64,000 nt of DNA from Octopus sinensis (GCF_006345805.1 NC_043010.1:38378001-38442000), one strand, 5' to 3'. Counted from the first letter of the stretch, positions 38,101 to 50,529 are shown. The notes: a model not told the origin generated them from the letters alone. Numbers and translations: made by a program.

Positions 38101-38324
38101 TACTACCACAAGGGGCTAAACACAGAGAGGACAAACAAGGACAGACAAACGGATTAAGTCGATTACATCGACCCCAGTGTGTAACTGGTATTTATTTAAT
38201 CGACCCCGAAAGGATGAAAGGCAAAGTCGACCTCGGCGGAATTTGAACTCAGAACGTAACGGCAGACGAAATACGGCTACGCATTTCGCCCGGCGTGCTA
38301 ACGTTTCTACCAACTCGCCGCCTT
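38101..38324 (-). mobile_element. SINE A monomer, long-tail form
   Basis: Full head to tail. Confidence 0.9.
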
Positions 38325-38924
38325 CGATATATATATATATCGATGCCTATTGAGATAGAGCCACTGGTGTTTTCTTACTTACAGACAATCAGATTGTTCT
38401 TTCATTTATAGTATTCCAAATTTTGAGAATTTCCCATCTCATTTGTAGTTAGTAACAGTTGCCACCAGACGATTTTTAGCCTTCTCTAGGAGAGGAGATC
38501 CTTTCAAAAGCCAAGAATTTATTTTCTTTGGTACTTAATATCCCCCTATTCCTTTTTGCTGTTTAAACTATACTTCTGGCCACTCTAAGATACATTTCGC
38601 TTGGCTCATTTTTGTTTATCTTACACACACACATGCAGTGACACATACCACGTGTGTGTGTATGTGTGTGAATAGAGGAATGGATGTGTATATATAGCTA
38701 TGAGTATATGTGTCTGTAATATGTATGGGTCTGTACAAATATACACATAGAGTTTGAGATTGTTTTGGATTGCCCATGTCCAGCCTCAGTATATTCTCTC
38801 TACCAGAGAATGACATGAGATCATACTGGTTTGATGAGCCTACTCTATCACTCTGGCTCAACATAGCTTGACAGAAGAGGGGTGCAGCTTTTTCTACTCT
38901 AACCCAGGAGTAGTTAAGTCGATT

Positions 38925-39048
38925 ATATCAATCACCAGCACTCAACTGGTACTTAATTTATCAAACCTGAAAGGATGAAAGGTAAAGCCGGCCTTGACGG
39001 AATTTGAACTCAGAACGTAAAGACGGATGAAATTCCGGTGAGCATTTC
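38925..39048 (-). mobile_element. SINE A fragment
   Basis: Homology to family A. Confidence 0.7.
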
Positions 39049-39356
39049 TATATAGATATGGATTTGTGTAAGTATGTGTGTGTGTGTGTGTGTGTATACA
39101 GGGTATATATATATATATATATACATACGGTGCTCCAGCATGGGCGCAGTCAAATGACTGAAACGAGTAAAAGAGTAAAAGAGTATATATATATATATGT
39201 AATGGTGTAATAAAGTATTGATTGGGTATTATCTGATGGTTGATGATTGATTGATTTAAGTATGTTTCTCCATTTTCTAATTTTGTATATATATATATAT
39301 ATATACATATATACATACATATATGTATATATATGTATGTATACATATATGTATAC

Positions 39357-39620
39357 ATACATAGTTAATCCAAACATGAACAAAGAGAAAACACAACAAC
39401 GCGATGACGTGCAACAAGTATAGTGTTATTGGACGCTCAGAAAAGGAAAGAAAGAAGGAGGATTTAACGTTTCGAGCGGAGCTCTTCGTCAGAAATCCAG
39501 AAAAAAGGAAAAGACCAAAGAAGGGAAGACAGAGAAAGAAAATCGCCAACGATAGACACGCGATCACATATTGAAATGACCGGAAAGGAATGGGTGAAGA
39601 AAAAGTTCTTTCGAAGACAG
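39357..39620 (-). mobile_element. Short Penelope-type terminal-repeat element carrying a hammerhead
   Basis: Contains the motif at 39460-39498; architecture parallels the four-copy family; flanked by microsatellites. Confidence 0.6.
39460..39498 (-). ncRNA. Minimal type I hammerhead ribozyme, intact core
   Basis: GGATTT-CTGACGA-A-GAGC(TCC)GCTC-GAAAC-GTT-AAATCC: 6-bp stem I, 4-bp stem II, palindromic AACGTT in place of stem III. Confidence 0.8.
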
Positions 39621-40637
39621 GAGAGTGCAAGAGAAGGGAGGTATGTGTGTGTATGTGTGAGTATATGCGTGCGCGCAGGTCTGTGTGTGTGTGTGTGTGT
39701 GTGTGTAAAGATAGCACGTGTGTGTGTGGTGTGTGTATGTATATATGCGTGTGTGCGTGTGTGTGTATGTGTGTGAGAGAGAGAGAGAGAGTACACATAC
39801 ACACAGTACCGGATTTGGAATTGGTGAGACCCTATGCTGTGTCTTGTTTAGCTTGTGTCTAAATCCTTCATCTGAGATGATCTGTTGCTTAACAATATGA
39901 ACAACAGCATAGAATGACTCATCGCCTTGAATTCCTCAAATGACAATATATTGTCGTGCAACCTCCATCTTCCTTATTAACAAACCATTTCTGCTGTCAC
40001 AACCTAACTACAACTACCGAACGTCATAAGCCAGCGTGAAGGAGTCTCGATGTAGTCGTGTCACTGGCTAAAAATAGCAGCTAAATTTCTCTCAAATCAC
40101 ACCTCAACGGTGTTTTCCTTTTTTTATGTATTAAAAAAATTAAGTTGGCACATATTTGACAACTCAGTCCTCGTTATTCAAAAAGACCGGTTTGACACGC
40201 CTGGAACATGTTAGACGGTAAACGACAATTACTACTTCTGGTGAAATCCTAAAAATGACAGGATAATCATGGCTGGAATGCCTATCACCATAGGTTTGCT
40301 CACTTTGGTGCAATCAACATAACAAAACTCCCACAAGACAAATACTGTAGTAATTGGCCAATCGATAATGTGTATACGTTAAATATGATACATAGATGGC
40401 TATTTTAATCAAGCACTGCTTCAAATGCATATACCGGATTTTTAATCAGTCAGGTGATTTTTCGCAACATCAGTGAATGTTTTATTCACTTTCCCCAATA
40501 TTAGAAACGACGAATGAATTCTCGTCAGAGCATGTGGTTGGTTGTGAGTACACACCATTGAAGGAGCTCAAAAACGGCGAAATGCATCTGGCGCTTTCAC
40601 TGGCCGCTGTTGGGATAAAATAACCCTGTCCTCTCCC

Positions 40638-40720
<83 letters not shown>

Positions 40721-40842
40721 GTATTTAGTGCATTTTTAACACAGCAAATCCACAGGAGATGTTATCTCAAGATAAATACTTCAGTAATCAGTCTAGCGAT
40801 ATTGTTTATGCTTTAAGTATAAATGTCTATAGAGTGTGTTTA

Positions 40843-41335
40843 ATCCTTTAGCATTTAAGCCGGCCATATTTGGCCCAAATATCCTACCCTGCATTATGTT
40901 CAAACCAGCCAGAACCGGCCTTCCACACTTACCCTACAATGTCATTCTGAAAATAAACAGTCACATCATTAAAACTTCGTAGCTACTTAATAATGCTTGA
41001 TTAATTCAAAATAAGGAGACGCAATTGCCCAGTGGTTAGGGCAGCGGACTCGCGGTGGGAGGATTGCGGTTTTGATTCCCAGACCGGGCGTTGTGTGTAT
41101 TTATTGAGCCCCAACTTTCTCTCACTCTTTCTTCCTGTTTCTTGAGTAACGCTGCGATGGACTGGCGTCCCGTCTAGCTGGTGAGGGGGGAACACATACG
41201 CTATAGAAACCGGGAAACCGGGCCCATGAGCCTGGCTAAGCTTGAAAAGGGCGCATAATTAAAAATTACAAAATTTAAAACAAGGTGAATACATAAGCAT
41301 TACATTTGACAGAGTAATCTGAATGCTAAAGCGCT
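40843..41335. mobile_element. piggyBac-like MITE interrupted by a SINE
   Basis: Ends TTAATCCTTTAGCATT / AATGCTAAAGCGCTAA. Confidence 0.5.
41015..41258 (+). mobile_element. SINE with family D head and a different tail
   Basis: D head, then GTAACGCTGCGATGGACTGGCGTCCC...AGAAACCGGG. Confidence 0.75.
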
Positions 41336-41630
41336 AAATCACTAATTCTGCGTTGGTTGTTCACAATATTAGACGGGTTGCATGTGAAGACAAAAACGAC
41401 CAAACTAATATCATTTGGGTTTCCATGTTTTATTAAACCGCATAGTTTACATCTACGTGGGTAAATATGTTCGATCAAATGTAACAACGTTCATGTAAAG
41501 CACATTGCATTAGGATAACATTTAGCTTGTCATCTGGCTCAGTCTCCCCCTATCTCTCTCTATCTCCCTCTCTCGCTCTCTCTTTCTATTATCTACTTAT
41601 CTATCTACCAATCTGTCTATCAATCTCTAC

Positions 41631-41673
<43 letters not shown>

Positions 41674-41965
41674 AGTCTGTCTGTCTGTCTCTCTCTCTTT
41701 ATCTATCTAGCTATCTATTTCTACCTAACTATCATTCTCTACATCTATGCCTTTCACTCTCTCTCTCTCTCTCTTCTCTCTATATTATATACTATATATT
41801 ATATATATATCTATATATATATATATATATATATTATCTGCCTGTCTTCGTGTGCTATAATATTCTATTAATTTCATCTCATACTCATGCGCACACACGC
41901 GCTCGCATTCACACATCCAATAACACACAAACACACGCACACACACACACACACACAACACACGA

Positions 41966-42111
41966 ACGACTCTCAATTTCTGTCTACCAAATCCACGCGC
42001 AAGGCTTTAGTCCCCCTGAGGCTACAGTAGAAGACACTTGCCCAATGCAGTGGGATTGAACTCGGAATCATGTAGTTAGGAAACAAGCTTCTTACCACAC
42101 AGCCACGCCTA
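41966..42111 (-). mobile_element. SINE B 5' half, diverged
   Basis: Homology to family B. Confidence 0.75.
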
Positions 42112-42163
42112 CATTCGAGCACACTGCAACTTTGCACCCTCTGTGGCCTCCAGATAGACATGC

Positions 42164-42164
<1 letters not shown>

Positions 42165-42261
<97 letters not shown>

Positions 42262-42404
42262 GTAGGCAGGTAGGTAGGTAGGTAGGTAGGTAGGTAGGTA
42301 GGTAGGTAAGCAAACAGACAGACAGTCGGATGGACGGACGGACGGACGGACAGAAAGACAGACAGACAGACAGACAGACGACAGACAGATAGATAGATAG
42401 ATAT

Positions 42405-42475
<71 letters not shown>

Positions 42476-42749
42476 TGTAGGTAGGTATGTATGTAGGTAG
42501 GTAGGTAGGTAGGTAGGTAGGTAGGTATGTAAGTAGGTAGGTAGGTAGGTAGGTAGGTAGGTAGGTATGTATGTAGGTAGGTAGGTAGGTAGGTAGGTAG
42601 GTAGGTAGTATGTAGGTAGGTAGGTAGGTAGGTAGGTAGGTAGGTATGTAGGTAAGTATGTAGGTAGGTAGGTAGGTAGGTAGGTAGGTAGGTAGGTAGG
42701 TAGGTAAGCAAACAGACAGACAGTCGGACGGACGGACGGACGGACAGAC

Positions 42750-42819
<70 letters not shown>

Positions 42820-42958
42820 GTAGGTAGGTATGTAGGTAGGTAGGTAGGTAGGTAGGTAGGTAGGTAGGTAGGTATGTAAGTAGGTAGGTAGGTAGGTAGG
42901 TAGGTAGGTAGGTAGGTAGGTAGGTAAGCAAACAGACAGACAGTCGGACGGACGGACG

Positions 42959-42994
<36 letters not shown>

Positions 42995-42995
42995 T
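42165..42995. repeat. Compound GACA/GATA/GGTA/GGAC array with three higher-order units
   Basis: Marker AAGCAAACAGACAGACAGTCGGA occurs three times (about 42307, 42706, 42926). Confidence 0.92.
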
Positions 42996-42997
42996 AT

Positions 42998-43042
<45 letters not shown>

Positions 43043-43051
43043 TATATATAT

Positions 43052-43080
<29 letters not shown>

Positions 43081-43082
<2 letters not shown>

Positions 43083-43236
43083 TAGAGCAATAAGAATATG
43101 GAGAGGATCAGTAGGTGGTATTCATCAACTTTTAAACATTGACATGATTTACTAAATAAATAAATTGACATAATATAATGTCTAAAAGTTGATGAATACC
43201 ACCTATTGATCCGCTCCATTTTCTTATTGGTCTATA
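43081..43236. mobile_element. Small foldback MITE (60-bp arms, about 36-nt loop)
   Basis: 43081-43140 is the reverse complement of 43177-43236 with about 5 mismatches; one arm recurs at about 29555-29622. Confidence 0.7.
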
Positions 43237-43428
43237 AATTAATGGTAAAATAACTTTTTACGCTCACCCATTTATTACACTCGGTAATGTAATTGCTGTG
43301 CAATGAAAAAAACACTTGTGTATTAATAATTGGGTATTCTACCAGCAGTATATTGGATAGATATTATCCCTTAGTTGGTTGGATTCACAGCCTCTAACGT
43401 TCTTGGGGATATATATATATATATAGCT

Positions 43429-43720
43429 GAAGGCGCGTGGTTTAGTGGTTAGAGCATTCGGCTCATGGTCGTACGTTCGATTCCCGGCAACGCATTGTGT
43501 CCTTGACGAACACACTTTATTTCACGTTGCTCCAGTCCACTCAGCTGGCAAAAATGAGTAATACCTGTATATCAAAGGGCCAACCTTGTCACACTCTGTG
43601 TCACGCTGAATCTCCCTGAGAACTACGTTAAGGGTACACGTGTCTGTGGAGTGCTCAGCCACTTGCACGTTAATTTCACGTGCAAGCTGTTTCGTTGATC
43701 GGATCAACTGAGACCCTCGT
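43429..43720 (+). mobile_element. Chimeric SINE (C-type head and central domain, D-type tail)
   Basis: Switches to TACCTGTATATCAAAGGGCC...GGATCAACTG, as in family D. Confidence 0.75.
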
Positions 43721-44276
43721 GCTCCTTTAACATATGTAAATAGATAAATATCAAGACCCACTCTCTTTTTTGCCTTCTTTCTTTCTCACTCTTTTCTTCT
43801 CTCCTTTCCCCTACCTACGTCCCCATCTCGTCCCTTCGTTCTTTCACATTATTTCTCTCTCTCTCCTATTATTTTTATAGCGTCTCATCTTTTCCATTTT
43901 TCTCTCCATCGTAAAATCATTTTCTGTTCACGCATGAGAAAGTAAAGAAACAAAATCGACAAAGAGACAAAAAAAAAAGGCGATAAGTTCGTTTAAACAG
44001 TAAGTTAACATTGATAATTAAAAATAATATAGGTGGCAGGCTTGTGGGGAATGGGGGGGGGGTGAGTACATATATATTTTGTTAGTTCACTTAGGCATAA
44101 CGATACTAATAACCTGATGTTAGAACCCAATATACAGATTCTTCAGAACGAAGGGTCAGTCGAGTACGGAGTTCGTTTTCCACAATTCTCTTCAAACAAC
44201 GAAGCTTCCTTTCCGAGGGCCCATGTCGGCCGGGACAAGAATGTGTTGATTCTTTTCCTTGGCTTTTGAATTGCAT

Positions 44277-44277
<1 letters not shown>

Positions 44278-44342
<65 letters not shown>

Positions 44343-44598
44343 TGTGTACAGTGCTCAGGTACACTACAACTCATCTAAAGTGTATATATAATCAGGTGTA
44401 GTTTCGGCGGATTTCGGAAAGCATGAGGGCCTTAAAGGATGCAGTGTCATGGCAGTCAACAACTGACGCAGGCAGTTTATTCCATGCTTCAGCAACTCTG
44501 AGCGTGAAAAAATGTTTCCGAAAGCCATGGGAGCTGTGTTGTTTTCTGACTTTGTAGGCATGTCCACGTGTGTTAGACACATGGAGATCAAAAAGGTG
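44278..44598 (-). mobile_element. CR1 LINE 3' end with (TAT)n tail
   Basis: TRGHAYKVRKQHSSHGFRKHFFTLRVAEAWNKLPASVV...FK; the same 3' UTR occurs at about 61885-61960 (+). Confidence 0.88.
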
Positions 44599-44629
44599 TT
44601 CAGTGTTGTTGGTGGTGAGGTGGTTGATA

Positions 44630-44790
44630 ACTTATAATTCTATTAACAGTAGCAAGAGGAATTTGAAGATTTTCGGCAACTCTTCGCTGGTTAAGCCCAG
44701 CCTCAGATTGTCCAACAATACGACCTCTTTGAAAATCTGACAGTTCTGCTGAATTTTTTGTGCGTGGCATGTTTACTCTTCGCAAATGTT
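44630..44790 (-). pseudogene. Tc1 transposase N-terminal HTH fragment
   Basis: [25 protein letters not shown]...[16 protein letters not shown]. Confidence 0.75.
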
Positions 44791-45404
44791 TAATATAATG
44801 TCACCTGGAATGCAAAAGAATAATTGCATTGTAAATTATACACCGCTGTATACATATTAATTAAGATGCTTAGATTAGATATTTTGAAAATTAAAGGTGT
44901 CTATTTACTTCCTGCCATGTCTGTGTATATATATATATATTAGCTGAGGTACTCGGTAATACCCGGAAGCAGGGATTTTCCCAGTACCCATTACAATGCC
45001 TTATTTCTTTCAGACCTAAAATGAAATCAAGGAATAGGACAGATAATAGAAGGCGTAAGCAAATTCATTCACGAAACAATAATACAAATAAATACATGTG
45101 GAATCGGGCAATGACAGTCTTTTGGCCAGATGAGTGGAAATGTGCAAATATATAATCAATGGAAACATCAAGAAGGGAATTGTAAAGGAATGCTATGAAA
45201 TAAAAAAAAGAACATAAAAGTTTGAAAAGTAAACAAAAAATTATTTAGAGAAAAAAGATTTTATACTTACAAAAACGGTTGGAGTGCAGAGGCTACAATG
45301 TGGCGGTCATAAGAGTCGTATGATGCTATGTGGAGGGGAAAAAAGCGGGGGGCAAATTCTCTTGCAACCCGAGAGAAAATTTTAAGTGCACATACACTTA
45401 ATTT

Positions 45405-45650
45405 GATCATTGTGTTTGATGGGCATATTCAGGTTGACAACATATAAATTCATTGCAACGCAATTTCTGTTCCTCGATAGACCCTGCTGTGTTCAACATT
45501 ATCCCAAAACAAATCAAAGAAAAAAAAATCTCACAGCCTTCAAACAAAACCTGGACAAATATCTTCAAGGGATACCAGAAAAGCAACCTATACTTGGATA
45601 AATCTGTCAACAACAACTCCCTACGTGAACGGGCCATGTCTTAGATCCTG
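45405..45650 (+). mobile_element. CR1-like LINE 3' end, decayed
   Basis: LQRNF...PAVFNIIPKQI...FKQNLDKYLQGIPE...NNSL, with frameshifts. Confidence 0.65.
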
Positions 45651-45717
45651 TCAGCTGCCGCTATTAAGTTAGACATGACCTAGGTCAATCTTTGGCCGAA
45701 ACATATCTGTGTTATCT

Positions 45718-45882
45718 ATGCGTAGGAGTGACGGTGTGGTAAGTAGCTTGCTTACCAACCACATGGTTCCCGGGTTCAGTCCTACTGTGCGGCACCTTGG
45801 GCAAGTGTCTTCTACTATAGCCTCGGGCCGACCAAAGCCTTGTGAGTGGATTTGGTAGACGGAAACTGAAAGAAGCCCGTCG

Positions 45883-45913
<31 letters not shown>

Positions 45914-46098
45914 TTGTGTTTGCCACCACCCCCTCACATCACATGACAACTGATGCTGGTATGTTTACGTCCCCGTAACTTAGCGGTTCGGCAAAAGAGA
46001 CTGATAGACACCTTGGGCAAGTGTCTTCTACTATAGCCTCGGGCCGACCAAAGCCTTGTGAGTGGATTTGGTAGACGGAAACTGAAAGAAGCCCGTCG

Positions 46099-46129
<31 letters not shown>

Positions 46130-46545
46130 TTGTGTTTGCCACCACCCCCTCACATCGCATGACAACTGATGCTGGTATGTTTACGTCCCCGTAACTTAGC
46201 GGTTCGGCAAAAGAGACTGATAGACACCTTGGGCAAGTGTCTTCTACTATAGCCTCGGGCCGACCAAAGCCTTGTGAGTGGATTTGGTAGACGGAAACTG
46301 AAAGAAGCCCGTCGTATATATATGTGTGTGTGTGTGTGTCTGTGTTTGCCCCCCCTCCCACATCGCATGACAACTGATGCTGGTATGTTTACGTCCCCGT
46401 AACTTAGCGGTTCGGCAAAAGAGACCGATAGAATAAGTACTAGGCTTACAAAGAATAAGTCTTGTGGGTCGATTTGCTCGACTAGAGGCGGTGCTCCAGC
46501 ATGGCCGCAGTCAAATGCCTGAAACAAGTAAAAGAGTAAAGAGTA
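45718..46545 (+). mobile_element. SINE B with internal 216-bp triplication
   Basis: CACCTTGGGCAAG restarts at 45793, 46009 and 46225. Confidence 0.92.
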
Positions 46546-47037
46546 ACGAGTGAAAAGTATGCTATTAGTCTCTCTTACTCATTTTCATTTTCATCGAATT
46601 CTTCATTAACGATATTGTATGCTCACTGTTGATCTAAATTCATCCCCCGAAGCTTTGTGTCTCTAAGCTGTCACCGAGTTATTATTTACCATCATCTAAA
46701 AATGAACATTTACTTTTTTTTTCTTAACCCTTGAACTTTTATAAACAGTCTTTCTTTTCATCCGTGGTTATTGCGTTTAAATTACGAATTGCATGCAGGT
46801 GAAAGGTGAGCAACACGATCGAAATGTACAAACACAATATATACAATGACCACATTTATCAAAACTAAATTACTTAATTCGACATTTAAATTTTCCCAGA
46901 TGACGTTTGAATGACGTTTCTAGATGACACAATATAACAGGAGTTATATAGACCTCCGTGATTTTCGGGATTTGGTGTCAATGATAAGCAAGTTATTCAC
47001 TGACCGTGCTATTCGAACTGCTATTAATCGAGATTTG

Positions 47038-47068
<31 letters not shown>

Positions 47069-47765
47069 CCCCCCCTCCCACATCGCATGACAACTGATGC
47101 TGGTATGTTTACGTCCCCGTAACTTAGCGGTTCGGCAAAAGAGACCGATAGAATAAGTACTAGGCTTACAAAGAATAAGTCTTGTGGGTCGATTTGCTCG
47201 ACTAAAGGCGGTGCTCCAGCATGGCCGCAGTCAAATGCCTGAAACAAGTAAAAGAGTAAAGAGTAACGAGTGAAAAGTATGCTATTAGTCTCTTTTACTC
47301 ATTTTCATTTTCATCGAATTCTTCATTAACGATATTGTATGCTCACTGTTGATCTAAATTCATCCCCCGAAGCTTTGTCTCTAAGCTGTCCCCGAGTTAT
47401 TATTTACCATCATCTAAAAATGAACATTTACTTTTTTTTTTCTTAACCCTTGAACTTTTATAAACAGTCTTTCTTTTCATCCGTGGTTATTGCGTTTAAA
47501 TTATGAATTGCATGCAGGTGAAAGGTGAGCAACACGATCGAAATGTACAAACACAATATATACAATGACCACATTTATCAAAACTAAATACTTAATTCGA
47601 CATTTAAATTTTCCCAGATGACGTTTGAATGACGTTTCTAGATGACACAAGATAACTGGAGTTATATAGACCTCCATGATTTTCGGGATTTGGTGTCAAT
47701 GATAAGCAAGTTATTCACTGACCGTGCTATTCGAACAGTTATTAATCGAGATTTGCTCTGTGTGT
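46322..47765. repeat. About 720-bp tandem duplication
   Basis: 46361 matches 47081 and 47040 matches 47758; few substitutions; bounded by (TG)n. Confidence 0.95.
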
Positions 47766-48178
47766 GTGTGTGTCTACGCGCGCCTGGTCAAGTGTGAACG
47801 TGTGCGTGTACTTACTTTCCTTGTGCTTACGGGTTTGTACACGAAAGTGTCTGTTTTCTATGCTCACCTGTATGTATTTACATGTGAGTGTATGAGCATG
47901 GTATCTGTAATTTCACGTACAAATGCATTATTTCCTTTCTAGTTTTCTACAATAATAGAAGCCCAAATACGAGGACCAAATCTGACTTGCACACTTTCTA
48001 TAGCCATTCAAGTACAATGTGTATAGTAAGCGCTAATTAACGTGTACTCAAGGCGTTAGGCTATTAGTCACATAAATAGGAAGTTCATCTCAGTAATACA
48101 AAAATTTTAGCCGAAATAGAGACAGTAATGAAACTCCGTAAACTTCATTGTAGTGTAAATGTGTATTACATGAGAGTG

Positions 48179-48540
48179 GAGGCGCAATGGCCCAGTGGTT
48201 AGGGCAGCGGACTCGCGGTCATAGGATCGCGGTTTCGATTCCCATACCGGGCGTTGTGAGTGTTTATTGAGCGAAAACACTGGCAGGGGATGGTGGTGAT
48301 CCCTGCTGTACTCTTTCACCACAACTTTCTCTCACTCTTTTTTCCTGTTTCTGTTGTACCTGTATTTCAAAGGGCCGGCCTTGTCACTCTCTGTGTCACG
48401 CTGAATATCCCCGAGAACTACGTTAAGGGTACACGTGTCTGTGGAGTGCTCAACCACTTGCACGTTAATTTCACGAGCAGGCTGTTCCGTTGATTCGTAT
48501 CAACCGGAACCCTCGTCGTCGTAACCGACGGAGTGCTTCC
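48179..48540 (+). mobile_element. SINE D inserted in the mariner left end
   Basis: 11-bp TSD ACATGAGAGTG at 48168 and 48541. Confidence 0.9.
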
Positions 48541-48633
48541 ACATGAGAGTGAACTGAAAAGTTCATAGGTTATGAAGGAGTGACGCTAGAGCTGTGAAAT
48601 CTTGCACGATTTAATTTCAATTTTTCTTATTAA

Positions 48634-49385
48634 CCCTTCGTGGGTCGGCAGGGTTGGAATTACACAAAAGGCCATTGGGGTCCCGAGCCACCCAAAATTG
48701 TTTCAGCTATATAGCAGCCCCGTTTCTAGGTTAGGCTCACAACTTTTCATATACCCCTCGTACATAAACGAGTACAAAAATATAAAAACAAAATTATTTA
48801 GAACTAGCAGTATCGCCCGGCGTTGCTCGGGTTTGTAAGGGAAATAACTATATAAGCATTTTTAGAGAGTTACTTCCCTTATATAATAGCAAAAAAACTG
48901 CATTAAAAATGGGAGAAAATGATGGTAATTTTTTTTTTAATCGTAGACTCATCGTAGACTCGCGCTAATACCCAGAAGGGCTCGATATGAATCACGACTA
49001 TAAGATACCCGCTTTTGGTTAAGCTGCACCGCATAATGTGGGAGTAGTTAGGAATCTAAATCGTGGGAGACAGACACTCACACAACTTCACTTTTATATA
49101 TAAAGATATCGTTTCATACCAGTGCAAATACGAAGAAAATTAACTTATCGTTCATCAGAATATCTGAAAAAAGAACAGAATGGGGCCAGTTGGACCTCAA
49201 TGACGATATGTTATGCTATAATATTCATATGACAGGAAATTTTTAACTCAAAATTTGTATGTACATACATAAACTATTGATAATAAAAGTCATGAGATAT
49301 GAAATCGTTTAGATAAAAAATGTAAAAGTTGCATAACTTTTAAAATTTGCTGGGGTCCCATGGGACGCCGCCGGCCCACGTGGGA
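48634..49385. mobile_element. piggyBac-like MITE
   Basis: TTAA at 48630 and 49386; ends CCCTTCGTGGGTCGGC / GCCGGCCCACGTGGGA; it splits the mariner 5' region. Confidence 0.55.
48797..49107 (+). mobile_element. HINE/DINE-like element
   Basis: 5' ACTAGCAGTATCGCCCGGCGTTGCTCGGG and 3' CAACTTCACTTTTATATATAAAGAT. Confidence 0.65.
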
Positions 49386-49477
49386 TTAATAACTGCATTG
49401 TTTCTTTCCGGGTAAAACTGACATTTAACAGTTCAAAGATGGCTTCAATAGTAGATAGTCGCGACTTACCTTGAAAA

Positions 49478-50464
49478 TTCACAAAATTTGGCATCCTGGT
49501 GTTATCAAGTACCTGCGAAAAAAAAAAAAAGGGTTTAGTCCGCAAGGAGATTCATGCTGACATGGTTGCTACATTAAGAGATGGCGCTCAAGATTTATCA
49601 ACAGTGCAAAAATGGGTTGCTGAATTTAGACGTCGTAGGGAGGAAGAGTCTTGAAGATGACTCAAGATCTGCATGTCCTGCAACTGCCACCGCCGAGGAA
49701 AACATTGATCGTGTTCACCACATAGTGACGGACGAAAGGCAGTTGACTATAACTTAAATAGCCAATGCTATTAGCATATTCCGTGAGAGAGTTGAGGGTG
49801 CCAACGTTTTCTGACACCTGATCACCATGTTGATCACTATTTGAGGCAGATCCAGCTGGTTTCTTTTTGCATGTTTCCTAACTAAGGCTGAGTGTTGGCT
49901 TCATTACTTTGAACCAGACACAAAGAGACAATCCATGGAGTGGAAACACTCTTCCTCGTCTGCTCCAAAGAAAGCCAAGTTGTTTCATCTGCAAGGAAGG
50001 TAATAGTCTCAGTTTTATTTTGTTTTGTTTTGTTTTTTTAGGGGATGCAAAAGGAATTGTGTTTATTGACTATCTTCTAAAAGACCATTACATCTATGGA
50101 AAGTACTATGCCAACTTGTTAAGATCAAACACCCAAGAAAACTGACGAAAAGTGTTTTGTTTCATCAGGACAATGCTCCAGCACACAAGTTCATGGTTTC
50201 AATGGCTGCTGTGCGTGACAGTGGCTTTGAATTGGTTGATCACCCTCCCTATTCTCTAACTTGGCTCACCGAACTATCATCTGTTTCCCAACGTGAAAAA
50301 ACATTTGGCTTGGAACCAGTATCGCAGTGATGATGAAGTCACATCTGTTGTTGATAATTTTGGTGGGGCAAAAGAATGAAAGCCTCTTCACCAATGGGAT
50401 CCAAGTACTGCAACACCGATGGAAGAAGTGTGTAGAGTGCCAGGGGGACTATGTCGAAAAATGA
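49478..50464 (+). pseudogene. mariner (DD34D-type) transposase pseudogene
   Basis: Remnants KEIHADMVATL, LEDDSRS, HYFEPDTKRQSMEWK, FHQDNAPAH and HPPYS; many stops and frameshifts. Confidence 0.9.
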
Positions 50465-50529
50465 ACCCCCATAAGAGTATCTTGATCAGCCTATGAACTT
50501 TTCAGCTGACCTTTGTATTGCTTGTGTTA

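Larger units (their letters stand above)
48168..50517 (+). mobile_element. Decayed mariner element with nested insertions
   Basis: TIRs CTGAAAAGTTCATAGG (48554-48569) / CCTATGAACTTTTCAG (50490-50505). Confidence 0.85.

Noticed and set aside
40505-40543. Possible 39-nt micro-exon (AG ... GTGAGT)
   Set aside because: Too short to distinguish from chance without RNA data.
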